DNA of 52,315 nucleotides from an uncultured Bacilli bacterium (GTDB lineage Bacteria; Bacillota_I; Bacilli_A; RF39; UBA660): NCBI GenBank assembly GCA_947629305.1, contig CANRDD010000002.1, positions 1 to 52,315 of the forward strand, read 5' to 3'. Shown piece by piece: positions 37,001 to 45,271 of this stretch (position 1 is its first letter; each line of letters starts with the position of its first letter). The notes under the pieces were generated by a model. It saw only the letters and a program-made list of their open reading frames with translations, ran no database searches and was not told where the DNA came from. The position numbers and the translations under genes were made by a program.

Positions 37001-38746
37001 TTACTTATTTATCCTTATTCTTTTTAATCCACCAAAATATTTATTATTAGATGAAATATTTTGCATATTACCAATTATCGTATTAATATCATCTTGATTT
37101 AAATTTTTAATAACATTAGAGGTTAATATATTTTCAACAGGAATACCATTTATTTCTTTTTTATATACTTTACCAATTCCTCTTGTAGATACGATATGAG
37201 GAATTTTAGTTTGATATACAGCATCTCTAAATGCCCACATAAACTTTAAAACTTCTTCATTTGGATATAATGCTTGTTCTAATTTTTGATCATAATCAAA
37301 GAAAATATTATCAAATCGATCTAATGTTGCTGCATCTAATGCTTGTCGACCTACATATTGTAAATCAGAACCTTTACCCCATGTATTAGCCGCGGCTACG
37401 ATGCGAAAACTTGGATGTCTATCAATAGTTTCATGAGGAAATGCCATATAACCATTAGCTAAAGCTGAGTTAATAACAATTAATGCTGATGGATCAGAAT
37501 TATCAATTTCATCTAAAAAGAATAATCCCCCATTTTTAAAAGCTTTATAAAATTCTGTATCTCGATAATTACCTCCAGCATCAATAAAACCAGTTAATTT
37601 AAATTCATTAGAAGCATTATTTGTATAATACATTTTAAGTCCTAATGCTTGAGCAACTTGCGAAACAGAAACATTTTTCCCACTTCCAGCTGGTCCAATT
37701 AACATAATTGGTTCATCTAATTGTACTTGGGATAATATTTGTTCAAATTTTTCATGATAAAAACCTTCACTTGTTTGACCTAAAACAGTATCATTTAATT
37801 TAACAATATGGACAATGGGAATATTTACCTTTTTCGTATATTCTTCAAGTTTTTTATCAAATACTTCCGTAAGTTGCGATTCTACATTATTTTCTATATC
37901 AAATTTTTCAATAACTTTTTTAATAGTTAATATAATTTGTTTTTGTGTTTCATTATCTAATTCTTTTAATATATAATCACTTATTTTTTTCTTTGGATCA
38001 TCAGAAGCCAAATAATCTTCAATATTTTGCTTAATTTTTGTTTTAATTAACTCATTAGTTGCTTGAAATAATAATTCATTTAAACCATCAAATAATAATT
38101 CTGCATTTTGTCTAGTATTTTTAATTAAAGGTGTAGTTTTAGATTTATCAATTTTTTCGCCATCTATTGTATAAAATTCTCCATCTATAATATAGGTATT
38201 TTTTGGTATTTCATTTATTTCATTACAAAATTCTTCTAATATACTATTACTATTAGAAAACATTAATTCGTGAGTTTGTTTCGTATAACCATAATATAAA
38301 TGCGTATATCGATTATTTGGTTCAGTAACACCTGCTATAATTGAATCATTATCTTTATCCCAAATAACAGAACAAAAATGCATATAGGTACTTAAATATT
38401 TAAATACATCTGTATGATAATCTCTATACATATAATTAATTAAACGTTGATATCTATCTGTATCATCAATATCATAACTAGAAAAATGAATATTTGCTTT
38501 TTCTATTTCATCTTGATTATATCCATTTACGGTTAAAATTCGTGCATTGCTATTCCAATAAGGATCCCTATCCTCTATATATGAATCATATACAATTTTA
38601 ACAAAAAGAACACTATCTTCTCTTTCCCATTTTATTGTATAATTGTTTTGAACATATTTTTTTAAGGCACTTGTAATTTTATCAAAATTAAATTCTCTGC
38701 CATCATAAGCTATAAAATATTGTCCACTTTGTTCAGTATTTTCCAT
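37001..38746 (-). CDS. AAA+ ATPase, CobS/MoxR (AAA_5)-like C-terminal module with ~330-aa unassigned N-terminal region
   Basis: Walker A IMLIGPAGSGKN and Walker B GGLFFLDEIDNSD. The segment HPSFRIVAAANTWGKGSDLQYVGRQALDAATLDRF matches the CobS-type sensor/Arg-finger region from memory. Strong RBS AAGGGGGA. Confidence 0.8.
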   Translation of the reverse strand: MENTEQSGQYFIAYDGREFNFDKITSALKKYVQNNYTIKWEREDSVLFVKIVYDSYIEDRDPYWNSNARILTVNGYNQDEIEKANIHFSSYDIDDTDRYQRLINYMYRDYHTDVFKYLSTYMHFCSVIWDKDNDSIIAGVTEPNNRYTHLYYGYTKQTHELMFSNSNSILEEFCNEINEIPKNTYIIDGEFYTIDGEKIDKSKTTPLIKNTRQNAELLFDGLNELLFQATNELIKTKIKQNIEDYLASDDPKKKISDYILKELDNETQKQIILTIKKVIEKFDIENNVESQLTEVFDKKLEEYTKKVNIPIVHIVKLNDTVLGQTSEGFYHEKFEQILSQVQLDEPIMLIGPAGSGKNVSVSQVAQALGLKMYYTNNASNEFKLTGFIDAGGNYRDTEFYKAFKNGGLFFLDEIDNSDPSALIVINSALANGYMAFPHETIDRHPSFRIVAAANTWGKGSDLQYVGRQALDAATLDRFDNIFFDYDQKLEQALYPNEEVLKFMWAFRDAVYQTKIPHIVSTRGIGKVYKKEINGIPVENILTSNVIKNLNQDDINTIIGNMQNISSNNKYFGGLKRIRINK

Positions 38747-38804
38747 AAATATTCCCCCTTAAAGATTTTAAAAAAACTTTAAAATTTTCAACTAAAACGT
38801 TTTT

Positions 38805-38833
38805 ATTTTAACATTGAATTAATATTTTGTCTA
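38805..38833 (-). promoter_or_regulatory. Putative promoter of the ATPase cassette
   Basis: On the minus strand: TAGACA (38833-38828), a 17-nt spacer, then extended -10 TGTTAAAAT (38813-38805). Confidence 0.45.
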
Positions 38834-38881
38834 GCAATTAAGTCACATTAAAAAAGTTATATACTATTATTTAAAAAATAA

Positions 38882-39070
38882 GTATACAAAGATATATGTA
38901 AAATACTTAATGTAAGTCAGCAACAATATAGTAGATATGAACTTGAGGAAAATCAAATGACTTATGAGCAACTTATTCTTTTAGCTGATTATTATAAAGT
39001 ATCAATAGATTATATATTATATAATACTGATATAAGAAAACCTTATCCCAAAAGTATTCTTAAGAAATAA
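38882..39070 (+). pseudogene. 5'-truncated XRE-family regulator relic
   Basis: The reading frame VYKDICKILNVSQQQYSRYELEENQMTYEQLILLADYYKVSIDYILYNTDIRKPYPKSILKK aligns with residues ~14-76 of the XRE proteins at 8900-9130 and 50683-50916. It is preceded by an in-frame TAA (38879-38881) and has no start codon for the HTH part. Its 3' end overlaps the tcdA stop by 11 nt. Confidence 0.7.
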
Positions 39071-39728
39071 TATCTTGTATAATAAAGCTAGCAATTAATA
39101 AACCAGCTGAAGATGGAACAAACATAAGAGAACCTAAAACTTTACCTTTAGTTAAAGGTAATTCTTTCGAACTAACAACATTAACTTTATTTAAAGGAAT
39201 ATTTATATCTTTTAATTTTTTACGCATTATTTTTGCTAAAGGATCATTATATGTTTTATTTAATGTTGTTAGTTCTAATAAGGATGGATTTATTCTTTTA
39301 CCAGTACCCATTGAACTAATTATTTTAATATTATTTAAATAAGCATAATTTATTAAAGCTACTTTAGTATCAATTGTATCACAAGCATCAATGACATAAT
39401 CATAAGTTTTTAATAGATCTAAATTATCTTTATTTAAATAAGTATCAATGATATTTATTTGGCAATTAGGATTAATTGTCTTAAATCTTTTTTGACAACA
39501 TTCTGTTTTCTTTTGCCCAATTGTTGTTATATCCGTCATAATTTGTCTATTTAAATTACTTTCATCAATAACATCATAATCAATTAAAGTTAATGACCCT
39601 ATGCCACTTCTTACTAAACTTTCAGCCGCGGTTGCTCCGACTCCCCCAAGACCAACGATTAAAACATGGCTCTTTTGTAATTTTTGCCAATTATTTTCAC
39701 CAATTAAACTTATAACTCTTGTAAACAT
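39060..39728 (-). CDS. tcdA: tRNA threonylcarbamoyladenosine dehydratase (ThiF-family, TcdA/YrvM)
   Basis: The N-terminus RVISLIGENNWQKLQKSHVLIVGLGGVGATAAESLVRSGIGSLTLIDYDVIDESNLNRQ is the TcdA/CsdL pattern. GTGAGG RBS precedes ATG 39728. Confidence 0.85.
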   Translation of the reverse strand: MFTRVISLIGENNWQKLQKSHVLIVGLGGVGATAAESLVRSGIGSLTLIDYDVIDESNLNRQIMTDITTIGQKKTECCQKRFKTINPNCQINIIDTYLNKDNLDLLKTYDYVIDACDTIDTKVALINYAYLNNIKIISSMGTGKRINPSLLELTTLNKTYNDPLAKIMRKKLKDINIPLNKVNVVSSKELPLTKGKVLGSLMFVPSSAGLLIASFIIQDIIS

Positions 39729-39749
39729 AAACAACCTCACTTATTTTAA

Positions 39750-39935
39750 AAAAAAAGACCCAGAGGGTAGTCTACCTTGATAAAAAACCCGCACTCGGCA
39801 GGTGGGTATCACATGCTTTGCTTTAGGATCCTCACAACACTTAATGGGCGAGTATTCTACACCACAAAGCAATTAGACTCCCGTATTTTATCTTAGTCGG
39901 TTTTTAAAATAGAGTAAACTATGCCTCCAGGCACT
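39750..39935 (-). ncRNA. ssrS: Candidate 6S RNA (SsrS-like), about 185 nt
   Basis: It has its own promoter, a rod-like hand fold with a closing stem, a large central bubble (about 16/14 nt), an inner stem and an apical hairpin. G.U pairs are tolerated only on the minus strand. It ends in a hairpin plus U9 (39756-39748) and contains no ORF. Position immediately upstream of tcdA matches my recollection of B. subtilis bsrA. Confidence 0.5.
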
Positions 39936-39938
39936 TTA

Positions 39939-39968
39939 ATTATAACAAATAATATCTTTAGACGTCAA
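39939..39968 (-). promoter_or_regulatory. Promoter of the structured RNA
   Basis: On the minus strand: TTGACG (39968-39963), an 18-nt spacer, then extended -10 TGTTATAAT (39947-39939). The -35 element lies inside the last codons of the upstream gene. Confidence 0.6.
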
Positions 39969-40710
39969 GGCCAAATATACTGGTGATGACATCATAATCT
40001 TGATATTTATTTAAAACAGAATTAACATTTTTAACCCAAGTAGGATTAGCTTTTTTATTTTTTCCTTCATATACAGGATTATATTTTTTACCTATACTTT
40101 CAATTGTATTTAAACCTATTCCAAAATAACTTTCACTTAATAATTTAATATATTTTAATATTCCATATTCAATATTTTTATAATGAATTAATTTACCCTT
40201 AGACATACCTCCAAAGATATTATTATATTTAAGCATTGATTGGGCTCTAAACCCTGATTCAATATGAGCAATAGATGTGGCAATAGAATAATCAACATTT
40301 TGATATAAATAAGCATAATAATTAATTAAATCCAATATATATTCTTTTTTAGTACCTATTCCAGAAGTTAATTTATTACTAAATAAATCTTTATTAGTTT
40401 TTTCTAAATCAAATAAATAATCTATTAAATATTTATCAAAATTATTAAAATCAATTAAATCATAACTTTCTTCTAATAAAGAATTTAATTTTAAATTATC
40501 TATTTGAAAGACATTAGCATAAAAATTAATCGTATCTTGATAATTATCTAAATTATTTTCCTTTTTTTCTTCTGTAATAATATCATAAGCCATGACTAAT
40601 TCATCTTGATAACTTGTCCGATTATCTTTTACAAATAAAAACGTTAAACTAATAAAACCAATTATAACTAATATTAACCCCTTAATATTCTTTTCTATAT
40701 ACTTTTTCAT
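39958..40710 (-). CDS. Membrane-anchored protein with GH73 (N-acetylglucosaminidase/FlgJ-like) C-terminal domain
   Basis: N-terminal TM segment. The C-terminal block ATSIAHIESGFRAQSMLKYNNIFGGMS resembles the glucosaminidase motif (A.lESGwG.S.la...NNlFGik) with the catalytic Glu. Confidence 0.5.
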   Translation of the reverse strand: MKKYIEKNIKGLILVIIGFISLTFLFVKDNRTSYQDELVMAYDIITEEKKENNLDNYQDTINFYANVFQIDNLKLNSLLEESYDLIDFNNFDKYLIDYLFDLEKTNKDLFSNKLTSGIGTKKEYILDLINYYAYLYQNVDYSIATSIAHIESGFRAQSMLKYNNIFGGMSKGKLIHYKNIEYGILKYIKLLSESYFGIGLNTIESIGKKYNPVYEGKNKKANPTWVKNVNSVLNKYQDYDVITSIFGLDV

Positions 40711-40821
40711 AATATTTAAACCAAATCCCCCTTATAAAAAAGCATATTTAAATTATAGCATAATTAGAACAAAATGTCAAATTATGCAAAATAATAGTTA
40801 ATAAATGTAAAGAATAATTTA

Positions 40822-41283
40822 TTAATTAGTATAAGTAAAATGTCTATTAGCTAAGTTAAAATTAGTTATTTGTCCCTTTTTAAGAGGGATAAAATAAACT
40901 AATAATTGGGTATCACTTCTAACTTCTTTATTAACATTATAATCAATAGTTACATCATTACCACTTATATTTAAATTAATATCATTTACTTTTAAAGTAT
41001 TATCATAAGGAATAAAATCTACAATAAAATCATGTTTTTTAAAATCTTTTTCTTCTAATTTAGCTTTATTATTAATTACTATCCCATTTTCATTAACAAT
41101 TGTTTCATATTCACTATAAGTTGTAATTAATCTGGTATTATAATTAATACCTGTATATATATTAATTGCAAAACCAACAGTTTTCGTTGTATCTTGATTT
41201 AAAGCTATATATCTACCTAAAAAAGCTGATATTATTATTACTAAAATAGTTATTAATATTATTAAAATCTTTTTATTTTTCAT
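40822..41283 (-). CDS. Hypothetical membrane-anchored protein
   Basis: Signal-anchor KILIILITILVIIISAFLG. 11-nt overlap with the upstream gene. No motif. Confidence 0.55.
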   Translation of the reverse strand: MKNKKILIILITILVIIISAFLGRYIALNQDTTKTVGFAINIYTGINYNTRLITTYSEYETIVNENGIVINNKAKLEEKDFKKHDFIVDFIPYDNTLKVNDINLNISGNDVTIDYNVNKEVRSDTQLLVYFIPLKKGQITNFNLANRHFTYTN

Positions 41284-42034
41284 AATTAGTTCCTATCCAA
41301 GTATATATATTATTATTCTTTTTAAAATTACTAGAATATACTTTATAATATTCATTTAATGAATCTAAATAATCATTTAAAACAATATTATTATTTATTA
41401 AATCTTTATTAGTAAATGCTTTTAATACTTTTTGATATGTTCCATCATTATATATTTTATAAATAATAGTATCATCTATTTCTTCTTCACTATAAAATAT
41501 AATATTTTCTCTTAAAGTAATTAAATTAGATATATTAATATCTAATATCTTTCTTTTAGCTTTATATTTAATTTGTTTAATACTTTGTTTACTACAACTA
41601 TAATTATTATAGGAATTTAAATATAAACAAATATTTTCTCCATCAACATTTAATGATTTATTCGTAATAAAATAATTATCACCATACATATCTTTTATTT
41701 TATTTTGAATATTTAAAGTAGTTAAATCATTATAATTTAATCCTTCAATTGCTTTAGCTAATAATATATCATTATGAATATTAATTATACTTGTATTTTG
41801 ATCTTGATAAGCGGTTAAATATTTAGGACTAGTAGTATCCATATAAGGAATAATATTTTCTAGAGTTTGCGATAAATTATCTTTACCTCCTTCAAAGATA
41901 TAATTGGTTTGGATATTCATTCTTTCTTTTTGAAAAAATAAATCAGAATATAAAACTAAACATATCGTAAATAATAATAGCATTATAGCTATAATTAAAA
42001 TAATATTCATTTTCACATTTTCAAAATTTTTCAT
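41273..42034 (-). CDS. Hypothetical membrane-anchored protein
   Basis: Signal-anchor MNIILIIAIMLLLFTICLVLY. AAGGATAGGGA RBS. No motif. Confidence 0.55.
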   Translation of the reverse strand: MKNFENVKMNIILIIAIMLLLFTICLVLYSDLFFQKERMNIQTNYIFEGGKDNLSQTLENIIPYMDTTSPKYLTAYQDQNTSIINIHNDILLAKAIEGLNYNDLTTLNIQNKIKDMYGDNYFITNKSLNVDGENICLYLNSYNNYSCSKQSIKQIKYKAKRKILDINISNLITLRENIIFYSEEEIDDTIIYKIYNDGTYQKVLKAFTNKDLINNNIVLNDYLDSLNEYYKVYSSNFKKNNNIYTWIGTNYEK

Positions 42035-42078
42035 AACATCCCTATCCTTAAAAAAAGTATAGCATAAATTAAGAAAAG

Positions 42079-42104
42079 AAAAAAGAAGTAATTTTATTTA
42101 CTTC
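42079..42104 (-). terminator. Terminator of the aaRS-gatCAB operon
   Basis: On the minus strand, GAAGTAA pairs with TTACTTC (42104-42085), overlapping the last gatB codons, followed by U6 (42084-42079). Confidence 0.7.
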
Positions 42105-43518
42105 CTAAATATTCACTTATTAATTCTTTGGTTAAGGTTGGACTGGCTTTTCCTTTTGTTTCTTTCATTACTTGGCCAACAAAATAATCAAATAAATTAC
42201 TTTTACCTTCATGATATAATTTAACTTGATTAGGATTATTATTAATTATCTTTTCAATAATTGGTCTTAATGTATCTATATCACTTATTTGTTTCGTATC
42301 TTTTATATAAATATTTGGTTCTTCTCTATTTTCTAATGATTTATTAAATATTTCTTTAGCTTGTTTAATTGATATAGTCTTATTATCTAAATTAGTTAAT
42401 ATTTGTTTTAATAATATAGGTTTAAGATAAAATTCTTTTAAACTAATTAATTCTTTATTTAAATATGCTATAATAACTCCAGTTAACCAATTAGAAACCA
42501 TTTTAGGATTTAAACCTAAAGATATACACTCTTCAAAATAATCAGAATATTCTTTTTCTTTAATAATAATATTAGTATCATATAAACTTAAATTATATTC
42601 ATTTAAATATTTTTCTTTTCTTTCTCTAGGTAAACTACCTATAGTATTCTTTATTTTTTCTAAATATTCTTTGGTTATTTTATATTTAGGTATATTTGGT
42701 TCGACAAAATATTTATAATCAATAGCATCAACTTTACTTCGCATTCTAATTGTTGTTCCTGTTTCTTCATCAAATCTTCTTGTTTCTTGTTCTACTTCAT
42801 CATAACGATTTTGATCTTTAAGTTCACTTTGTCTTTTTACTTCATAATTAATTGCTTCATAAACATTACTAAAAGAATTAACATTTTTAATTTCTACTTT
42901 TGTTCCTAAAGTATCATCACTAGAAATAGAGACATTAACATCACAACGTATTTGCCCTTTTTTAGTATCAGCATCCGAGATATCCGTATATTGATATATT
43001 CTTTTTACTTCTTCTAAGAAAGCAATAGCTTCCTCGGCAGAATGAAAACAAGGTTCTGTGACAAGTTCTAGTAAAGGAATACCTGCCCTATTATAATCAA
43101 TTAAAGAACAGTCAGAATAGTGATCTAAAGAAGCACTATCTTCTTCTAGGTGAATATCATGAATTAATGCTTTATATGTTTTATTATCTAAATCATATAA
43201 AAGATAACCTCCAGTTCCGACAGGTTCATGCATTTGGGTTATTTGATAACCTTTAGGTAAATCAGGATAATAGTAATTTTTCCGGTCAAAATAAAGATAT
43301 TCAGGTTGCTTACAATGTAAGATTAAGGACATTTTTAAAGCTTTTTCAACGCAAGTTTTATTAACCACGGGAAGAGTTCCAGGAAGGGCTAAATCAAGGG
43401 GACTAATATGGCTATTTGCTAGTTCACTAAAACCATTTTTAGCTCTTGAGAAAACTTTGGCATTACTCTTCATTTCACAGTGCATTTCTAGCCCGATTGT
43501 CACATTATATTTACTCAT
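42094..43518 (-). CDS. gatB: Asp/Glu-tRNA amidotransferase subunit B
   Basis: YNVTIGLEMHCEM start, full GatB core and YqeY-like tail. AGGAGG lies 5 nt before ATG 43518, and ATGAGTAA overlaps the gatA stop. Confidence 0.95.
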   Translation of the reverse strand: MSKYNVTIGLEMHCEMKSNAKVFSRAKNGFSELANSHISPLDLALPGTLPVVNKTCVEKALKMSLILHCKQPEYLYFDRKNYYYPDLPKGYQITQMHEPVGTGGYLLYDLDNKTYKALIHDIHLEEDSASLDHYSDCSLIDYNRAGIPLLELVTEPCFHSAEEAIAFLEEVKRIYQYTDISDADTKKGQIRCDVNVSISSDDTLGTKVEIKNVNSFSNVYEAINYEVKRQSELKDQNRYDEVEQETRRFDEETGTTIRMRSKVDAIDYKYFVEPNIPKYKITKEYLEKIKNTIGSLPRERKEKYLNEYNLSLYDTNIIIKEKEYSDYFEECISLGLNPKMVSNWLTGVIIAYLNKELISLKEFYLKPILLKQILTNLDNKTISIKQAKEIFNKSLENREEPNIYIKDTKQISDIDTLRPIIEKIINNNPNQVKLYHEGKSNLFDYFVGQVMKETKGKASPTLTKELISEYLGSK

Positions 43519-44965
43519 ATTTACCTCCTGCAATTAAGTTACGATACCCTAATTTTTCTTCTAAAGCATAAGCGATATTTAAAAGATTAGCATCATCATA
43601 ACAGTTAGATGTAATATTAAGACCAACAGGTAATTTATCAATAAAACCACATGGGATGGTAATTGATGGAAAACCTCCAAAGTTAGCTATTTGCAAATGT
43701 TCTTCTAAAGGAGCCGTATCACTTTTATCAAGTTCATCTTTACTACCATCAAGATAAGGCGCAACACCGGTTGAAACAGGTAAAATAAGCCCATCATAAG
43801 TTTTAAATAATTCTTTCATTTGATCCGTGATAAGACGGCGAACCCTAGCGGCATTTAAAAAGTAACGTTCTTGATTTTCTTTTTGTAATACATAAGAACC
43901 AATGACAAATCTTCTTTTAATTAATGGCGAAAAACCTTTAGTTCGGTGATCCATCATCATTTCTTCAGCCGTTTTGCCTTCTCCTCTTGGACCAAAGATT
44001 AAACCAGTTAAATTACTTAAGTTACTGGTAGCTTCTGCGCATGATAAACAAACATAAACACTTGGTAAGGCTCTAAGTAAAGTTTTATCAATGGATACTT
44101 CCGTGATATCTAAACCAATTTCTTTGGCTTTTTCTAAAGCTTCATTAAATATTTCTAAATGTTTTTTTAATTCGTTTGAGGCATCTGGATAATTACTTAA
44201 ATCAACTAATTCTTTAATATAGAATAATTTTTTACCCTTTACATTTCCATTTATTGATGCATACAAATTAATATTAGCTGAATCCCAGCTCGTCAGATCT
44301 TTATTATCTTTTCCTTTCATGGCATCGGTAACAATTGCCGCATCTTTCACCGTTCTTGTTAAAACACCACAGGTATCTAGGCTTGAGGCAAAAGGAAATA
44401 AACCATATCTGGAAATAAGCCCATAGGTGGGTTTATAGCCAACAATACCACAGAAAGCAGCTGGTTTTCGAATCGAATCACCTGTATCTGAACCTAAAGC
44501 ATAAGGATAAACACCCATGGCAACAGATGCGGCACTGCCTGAGGATGATCCTCCAGCCATTCTTTTAGGATCCCAAGGGTTACAAATAATACCTGTATGG
44601 GCAGTTGTCCCTGTTCCTCCCATACCAAATTCATCCATCGCTGTTTTGCCAATAGCAACAGCATGATGTTTTTTTAAATTAACTACCGCGGTAGCATCAA
44701 ATATAGGAACATAATCTTTTAAGGTATTAGATGAACCAGTTGATAAAATACCTTTTGTTGCATAATTATCTTTAATACCATAAGGTATCCCTGATAATAA
44801 ATCATCTGTTATTTCTTCTTTGGAAGGATTATCTATAATAGTTACAAATGCATGACATTTGCTATTTGCCATACGGGCTTTATTTATAGAATCTTTAATT
44901 AATTCTTCTTCGGTAATAACGCCATTTTTTAAATCTTGATGTAATTTTTCAATAACACTATCCAT
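43511..44965 (-). CDS. gatA: Asp/Glu-tRNA amidotransferase subunit A
   Basis: Amidase signature GGSSSGSAASVA with the catalytic Ser-cisSer-Lys context (IKDNY, GSDTGDSIRKPA). Confidence 0.95.
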   Translation of the reverse strand: MDSVIEKLHQDLKNGVITEEELIKDSINKARMANSKCHAFVTIIDNPSKEEITDDLLSGIPYGIKDNYATKGILSTGSSNTLKDYVPIFDATAVVNLKKHHAVAIGKTAMDEFGMGGTGTTAHTGIICNPWDPKRMAGGSSSGSAASVAMGVYPYALGSDTGDSIRKPAAFCGIVGYKPTYGLISRYGLFPFASSLDTCGVLTRTVKDAAIVTDAMKGKDNKDLTSWDSANINLYASINGNVKGKKLFYIKELVDLSNYPDASNELKKHLEIFNEALEKAKEIGLDITEVSIDKTLLRALPSVYVCLSCAEATSNLSNLTGLIFGPRGEGKTAEEMMMDHRTKGFSPLIKRRFVIGSYVLQKENQERYFLNAARVRRLITDQMKELFKTYDGLILPVSTGVAPYLDGSKDELDKSDTAPLEEHLQIANFGGFPSITIPCGFIDKLPVGLNITSNCYDDANLLNIAYALEEKLGYRNLIAGGKYE

Positions 44966-45271
44966 TTATCCCACCACCTTTGGAACCTTTACTTCTCTAT
45001 CCTCATAACAGTCACAATTTTGGAGTGCTTCTTCAATACTTATTTCATCATCTACTTCATCTAAACTTAATTCTGTTATTTCCCTATCTAACGCATGGGT
45101 CATAGGTTCTATTTTTTCTATACCAGGTATTTTGGTAATTAATTCCATTTGTTCTGTTATAATATCAAATTCTCTTAATACTAAATCATTTTCTTCTTTA
45201 GTTAAACCAATTAATAATTTTTTTGCATAATCATCTATTAATTCTTTGGTAATATTATGCACTTTAATCAA
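44966..45271 (-). CDS. gatC: Asp/Glu-tRNA amidotransferase subunit C
   Basis: 101 aa, immediately upstream of gatA, with GatC-like LDEVDDE acidic region. Confidence 0.85.
   Translation of the reverse strand: MIKVHNITKELIDDYAKKLLIGLTKEENDLVLREFDIITEQMELITKIPGIEKIEPMTHALDREITELSLDEVDDEISIEEALQNCDCYEDREVKVPKVVG

Noticed and set aside
37001-39728. Treating the ThiF-family gene plus the AAA+ ATPase as parts of one ubiquitin-like/PRTRC-type system
   Set aside because: The ThiF-family protein has the TcdA/YrvM housekeeping pattern and its Bacillus-like neighbour (the 6S RNA). It is separated from the cassette by the cassette promoter and the XRE relic. The adjacency looks like an insertion site rather than a functional linkage.
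39750-39935. Reading the structured region upstream of tcdA as a riboswitch or T-box leader
   Set aside because: No T-box sequence or any riboswitch core I know is present (SAM, TPP, FMN, purine, preQ1, c-di-GMP, glycine, lysine and others). The element has its own strong promoter and ends in a hairpin plus U9 before the tcdA RBS. It folds into a single long rod with a central bubble, which fits 6S RNA better. It is still unverified without a covariance-model search.
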